Below are positions 18,159-21,480 of a stretch of 21,480 bases of DNA, one piece after another. Below the pieces are notes generated by a model, which worked only from the letters and a program-made list of their open reading frames with translations, was not told where the DNA came from and searched no databases. Numbering within the stretch: the first letter of the stretch is position 1; each line of letters begins with the position of its first letter. The DNA comes from a virus. Where the stretch lies: UHGV virus genome UHGV-0072741. One strand, given 5' to 3'. The translations under genes were made by a program, and so were the position numbers.

Positions 18159-19536
18159 ACCTAGACTTTACCAAAATCTCATTATCAACCACGAGACCAA
18201 CACTCTGCGCGGCAATATCTGGGCAGGTATGGGAATGGGAAAAACCGTAGCGACACTCACCACGCTGGAAGATCTCTTCATGGCAGGGGCAGAAACACGC
18301 CCAGCGCTGGTCCTCGCGCCGCTGCGCGTGGCTGCCAGCACATGGCCGGATGAAGCACTGAAGTGGGGGCATTTGCGCAATATCGAGGTGCAGCCAATTA
18401 TTGGTAATGCCAAAGCGCGCTCTATGGCGCTGGCGAACAGCAACGCAAGCGTGTTCACAATCAACTACGATAACCTTGTCTGGCTGGTTGAGGAATTGGG
18501 AGAACGATGGCCGTTCGGTACTGTCATTCCAGATGAAAGCACCCGGCTAAAATCCTTCCGGCTGCGAGGTGGTGGTAAGCGCGCGGCGGCGCTGGGCAAA
18601 GTGGCGCATAAGTATGTCCGGCGCTGGATAAATCTCACCGGTACGCCAGCACCGAACGGCCTGGTAGATTTGTGGGGACAATCGTGGTTTGTGGACCAAG
18701 GGCAACGTCTCGGGCGCACTTACGGCGCGTTTACCTCACGCTGGTTCAACTCGATACAGTTTCCGGGACAGAGCTGGACTAAACTGGAACCTTTTGCTCA
18801 CTCACAGGGTGAAATACAGCGAGCATTAGCCGATGTGACCCTCTCGCTGGATGCGGCCGACTGGTTCGATATCAAAGACCCCATCCATAACGTAATCCGC
18901 GTGGATATGCCCCCGAAGGCCCGTCAGCAGTATCGTGAAATGGAAAAGGAAATGTTCCTCGAGCTGAATGGCGAAGGCATCGAAGCACCGAACGCCGCGG
19001 CAAAGACACTGAAGTGTCTTCAAATCGCTAGTGGCGCAGTATACACAGACGACACCGGAAGTTGGTCAGAAGTGCATGACACCAAACTACAGGCGCTGGA
19101 CAGCATACTGACCGAAGCAGCTGGCGTACCTGTGCTGGTTGCTTATCACTGGAAACACGATCTTGAACGCTTGCTTAAAGCATTCCCTCGCGGTCGTCAC
19201 CTCGACCAGGATCCACAGACACTGCGCGACTGGAATTCCGGAAAGATTCCTGTTCTCTTTGCACACCCAGCCAGCGCGGGCCACGGCCTGAACATGCAGG
19301 ACGGCGGAAATATACTGGTATTTTTCTCACACTGGTGGGACCTGGAGCAATATCAGCAAATTCTTGAACGTATCGGCCCCACCAGGCAGATACAGGCCGG
19401 ACACAATCGTCCGGTATTTATTCACCACATTATTGCTGCCGACACTATGGACGAAATGGTGATGGAGCGGCGCAACTCAAAACGAACAGTGCAGGACATC
19501 CTGCTCGATGCCATGAAAAAGAGAGGTATAGCATGA
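18136..19536 (+). CDS. SNF2-family (DEAD/DEAH-like) helicase
   Basis: Walker A GMGMGKTVATLT; DExx box VIPDESTRLK; 466 aa; tail of the replication module. Confidence 0.85.
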   Translation: MFIQHSFKPRLYQNLIINHETNTLRGNIWAGMGMGKTVATLTTLEDLFMAGAETRPALVLAPLRVAASTWPDEALKWGHLRNIEVQPIIGNAKARSMALANSNASVFTINYDNLVWLVEELGERWPFGTVIPDESTRLKSFRLRGGGKRAAALGKVAHKYVRRWINLTGTPAPNGLVDLWGQSWFVDQGQRLGRTYGAFTSRWFNSIQFPGQSWTKLEPFAHSQGEIQRALADVTLSLDAADWFDIKDPIHNVIRVDMPPKARQQYREMEKEMFLELNGEGIEAPNAAAKTLKCLQIASGAVYTDDTGSWSEVHDTKLQALDSILTEAAGVPVLVAYHWKHDLERLLKAFPRGRHLDQDPQTLRDWNSGKIPVLFAHPASAGHGLNMQDGGNILVFFSHWWDLEQYQQILERIGPTRQIQAGHNRPVFIHHIIAADTMDEMVMERRNSKRTVQDILLDAMKKRGIA

Positions 19537-19733
19537 GCGAGAAACCCGACGATTTACTCACCCCGGATGAAGTATGCCAAAAGTTAGGTATTACACAGAA
19601 AACGCTATGTGAGTGGAATATTAAGCATCGTCATCGGGCTATCCTGGCACCAATTCGTTTCAGTGCAAAAGTAGTTCGTTATGAGCGCCGCAATGTCGAC
19701 GCTTTTATTCAAAAGTGTCGCAGCCGGTATTAA
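19533..19733 (+). CDS. Excisionase-like / AlpA-type small DNA-binding protein
   Basis: 66-aa basic protein (LTPDEVCQKLGITQKTLCEWN...) with a winged-helix-like pattern; ATGA overlap with the helicase stop; lies next to the integrase. Confidence 0.55.
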   Translation: MSEKPDDLLTPDEVCQKLGITQKTLCEWNIKHRHRAILAPIRFSAKVVRYERRNVDAFIQKCRSRY

Positions 19734-21133
19734 CCTCGCCGCCGTAGCAATGCCACCTGCGCAAGTATGCTCCGCTCGTGAGCCTCGAAAGCTTCGCGCT
19801 TTAACGCAATCTCTTCCTGCAAAATCTCATCAGAAAAGTCGTAATGTTCTGCCATCGGGTCATCTGACTTGCTGGAGTGGTGAAGGCAAAGGAGGCTGAT
19901 TTCCCTTCGGTCTGATCGGGAATAGCCTCTTTCCTTCATCAAGGCAATAACATTGCTCTTAAGGAATTTACGGCACATCGTATTAAATGCACCGTCTTTC
20001 CCTTTAACAGTCCCATCATGTTTTATTCCTTTTACAGCCCCATCCGGGCTGTATGTTTTCACTAGCTTATCCAGTGATCGTTTTGAAAATGGCTGCATTG
20101 GATCACGCGGCTGCAAAAATACATAATCCCTGTTGCACTCAGGAACTGAATCACGCCATGCTTTCTGCTCGTCGATAATCCGCCGGATCTCCGGCGTTAT
20201 TGGCAGGCGGAAAGCCTTTTGTGTTTTCATAGCCCCTCGCATGCCGATAACCCCTTCAGGATAAACAATTTCGCCAGTCTCCTCGTGAACGTAGTCCCAG
20301 CGCAGGTTATGGACATTAATCGGACGAACGCCGGTGATGATCATGAAGCGAACAGCATTCTTCTGGTGTACAGAGGTGCAGGCGGCAACATTGAGCCAGA
20401 GCCGGGCGATTGACTCAATATCGGTAAAAAGCCGTGTGGGGGTGGGTTTCTGTACGCGGGAGGAAACATAATCATCTGGCAGACTGGCAGCAACATTGCG
20501 ACCGTTACAAAGAGTAGGTGCGCAGAACTTCCAGAACCGACGGAGCTCGGCAAACAACTCCAGGGCGTTATTGTTCGAGCGAGTGGCGATCCACTCGTCC
20601 AGCACTTCCACCAGCCGATTGTATGTTACGTCGCTGAACACCTCACGCTCGCCGAACGTTGCTTTAATCCGGTCGATACGCACCCCGTAGGTTGTGAAAC
20701 TGTCCGGGCTCAGCTTCTGCCGGGCGACTTTGGCTTTGAGGTCATCCCGGTACATTTCCAGCGCTGCATGTACGGACTCTGCCCGCAAGCCACCGTCAGC
20801 CATACCTAGCGCTTTTTCGCGCGCCAGCTGGATAGCGAGCTCCGGCCACTCGCCGAGCTTTTTACCCTTGAGGCCCATCTTTTTTGGAAACTCGGCGTAA
20901 AATGTAACCTTACCGGCTTTGCTGAAATCGATACGGAGATAGTTCTCTTTTTCGTATTTGGAACGGCGAGCCACGCCGGAAGCAGCGAGGATGATTTTGG
21001 CGGCAGCAACACAGATTTTCATGTGTGCGCTGGTATAGGGGGGTTTACAGGCGTCCCATTTTTCAGATGCGGCTAAAACATCGTCATTATTGGGGCTATC
21101 CGGATTATGTGTTACAGTGCGCGGCATTCTCAA
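19730..21133 (-). CDS. int: Tyrosine site-specific integrase
   Basis: 467-aa ORF at the prophage end with phage-integrase-like C-terminal region; AAGGA RBS upstream of the ATG at 21133; adjacent to the host junction. Confidence 0.8.
   Translation of the reverse strand: MRMPRTVTHNPDSPNNDDVLAASEKWDACKPPYTSAHMKICVAAAKIILAASGVARRSKYEKENYLRIDFSKAGKVTFYAEFPKKMGLKGKKLGEWPELAIQLAREKALGMADGGLRAESVHAALEMYRDDLKAKVARQKLSPDSFTTYGVRIDRIKATFGEREVFSDVTYNRLVEVLDEWIATRSNNNALELFAELRRFWKFCAPTLCNGRNVAASLPDDYVSSRVQKPTPTRLFTDIESIARLWLNVAACTSVHQKNAVRFMIITGVRPINVHNLRWDYVHEETGEIVYPEGVIGMRGAMKTQKAFRLPITPEIRRIIDEQKAWRDSVPECNRDYVFLQPRDPMQPFSKRSLDKLVKTYSPDGAVKGIKHDGTVKGKDGAFNTMCRKFLKSNVIALMKERGYSRSDRREISLLCLHHSSKSDDPMAEHYDFSDEILQEEIALKREAFEAHERSILAQVALLRRRG

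Positions 21134-21480
<347 letters not shown>

Noticed and set aside
18115-21012. Antisense or nested ORFs within the SNF2 helicase and integrase genes (e.g. 18168..18464, 18465..18719, 19681..19899, 20496..20900)
   Set aside because: Contained within longer ORFs that carry recognisable helicase or integrase features.

Overview
This window looks like the right-hand ~21 kb of a lambdoid-type prophage, ending at the host ferredoxin gene yfhL (partial, 21342..21480). All gene calls rest on reading the supplied six-frame translations and the raw sequence; no database search was run. The minus strand carries one long early-right/late transcription unit: Cro-like HTH regulator, a 728-aa primase/helicase, an iteron and DnaA-box region that looks like an origin, Q antiterminator, a late promoter/terminator region, then holin, lambda-R-like endolysin, Rz with an embedded Rz1, small and large terminase, portal and a truncated head-morphogenesis gene. 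The plus strand carries a cI-like S24 repressor followed by an early-left operon with a second replication module (DUF2800 nuclease, DUF2815, family-A DNA polymerase, DUF4406, VRR-NUC, SNF2 helicase) and an excisionase-like gene, meeting a minus-strand tyrosine integrase. The strongest candidates for an undescribed accessory function are two AT-rich, opposite-strand membrane-protein genes inserted into the plus-strand operon (17344..18099 with its own near-consensus promoter, and 14182..14451). A third candidate is a small membrane protein plus a 300-aa unknown protein just downstream of the repressor. No CRISPR array, tRNA or rRNA was seen.
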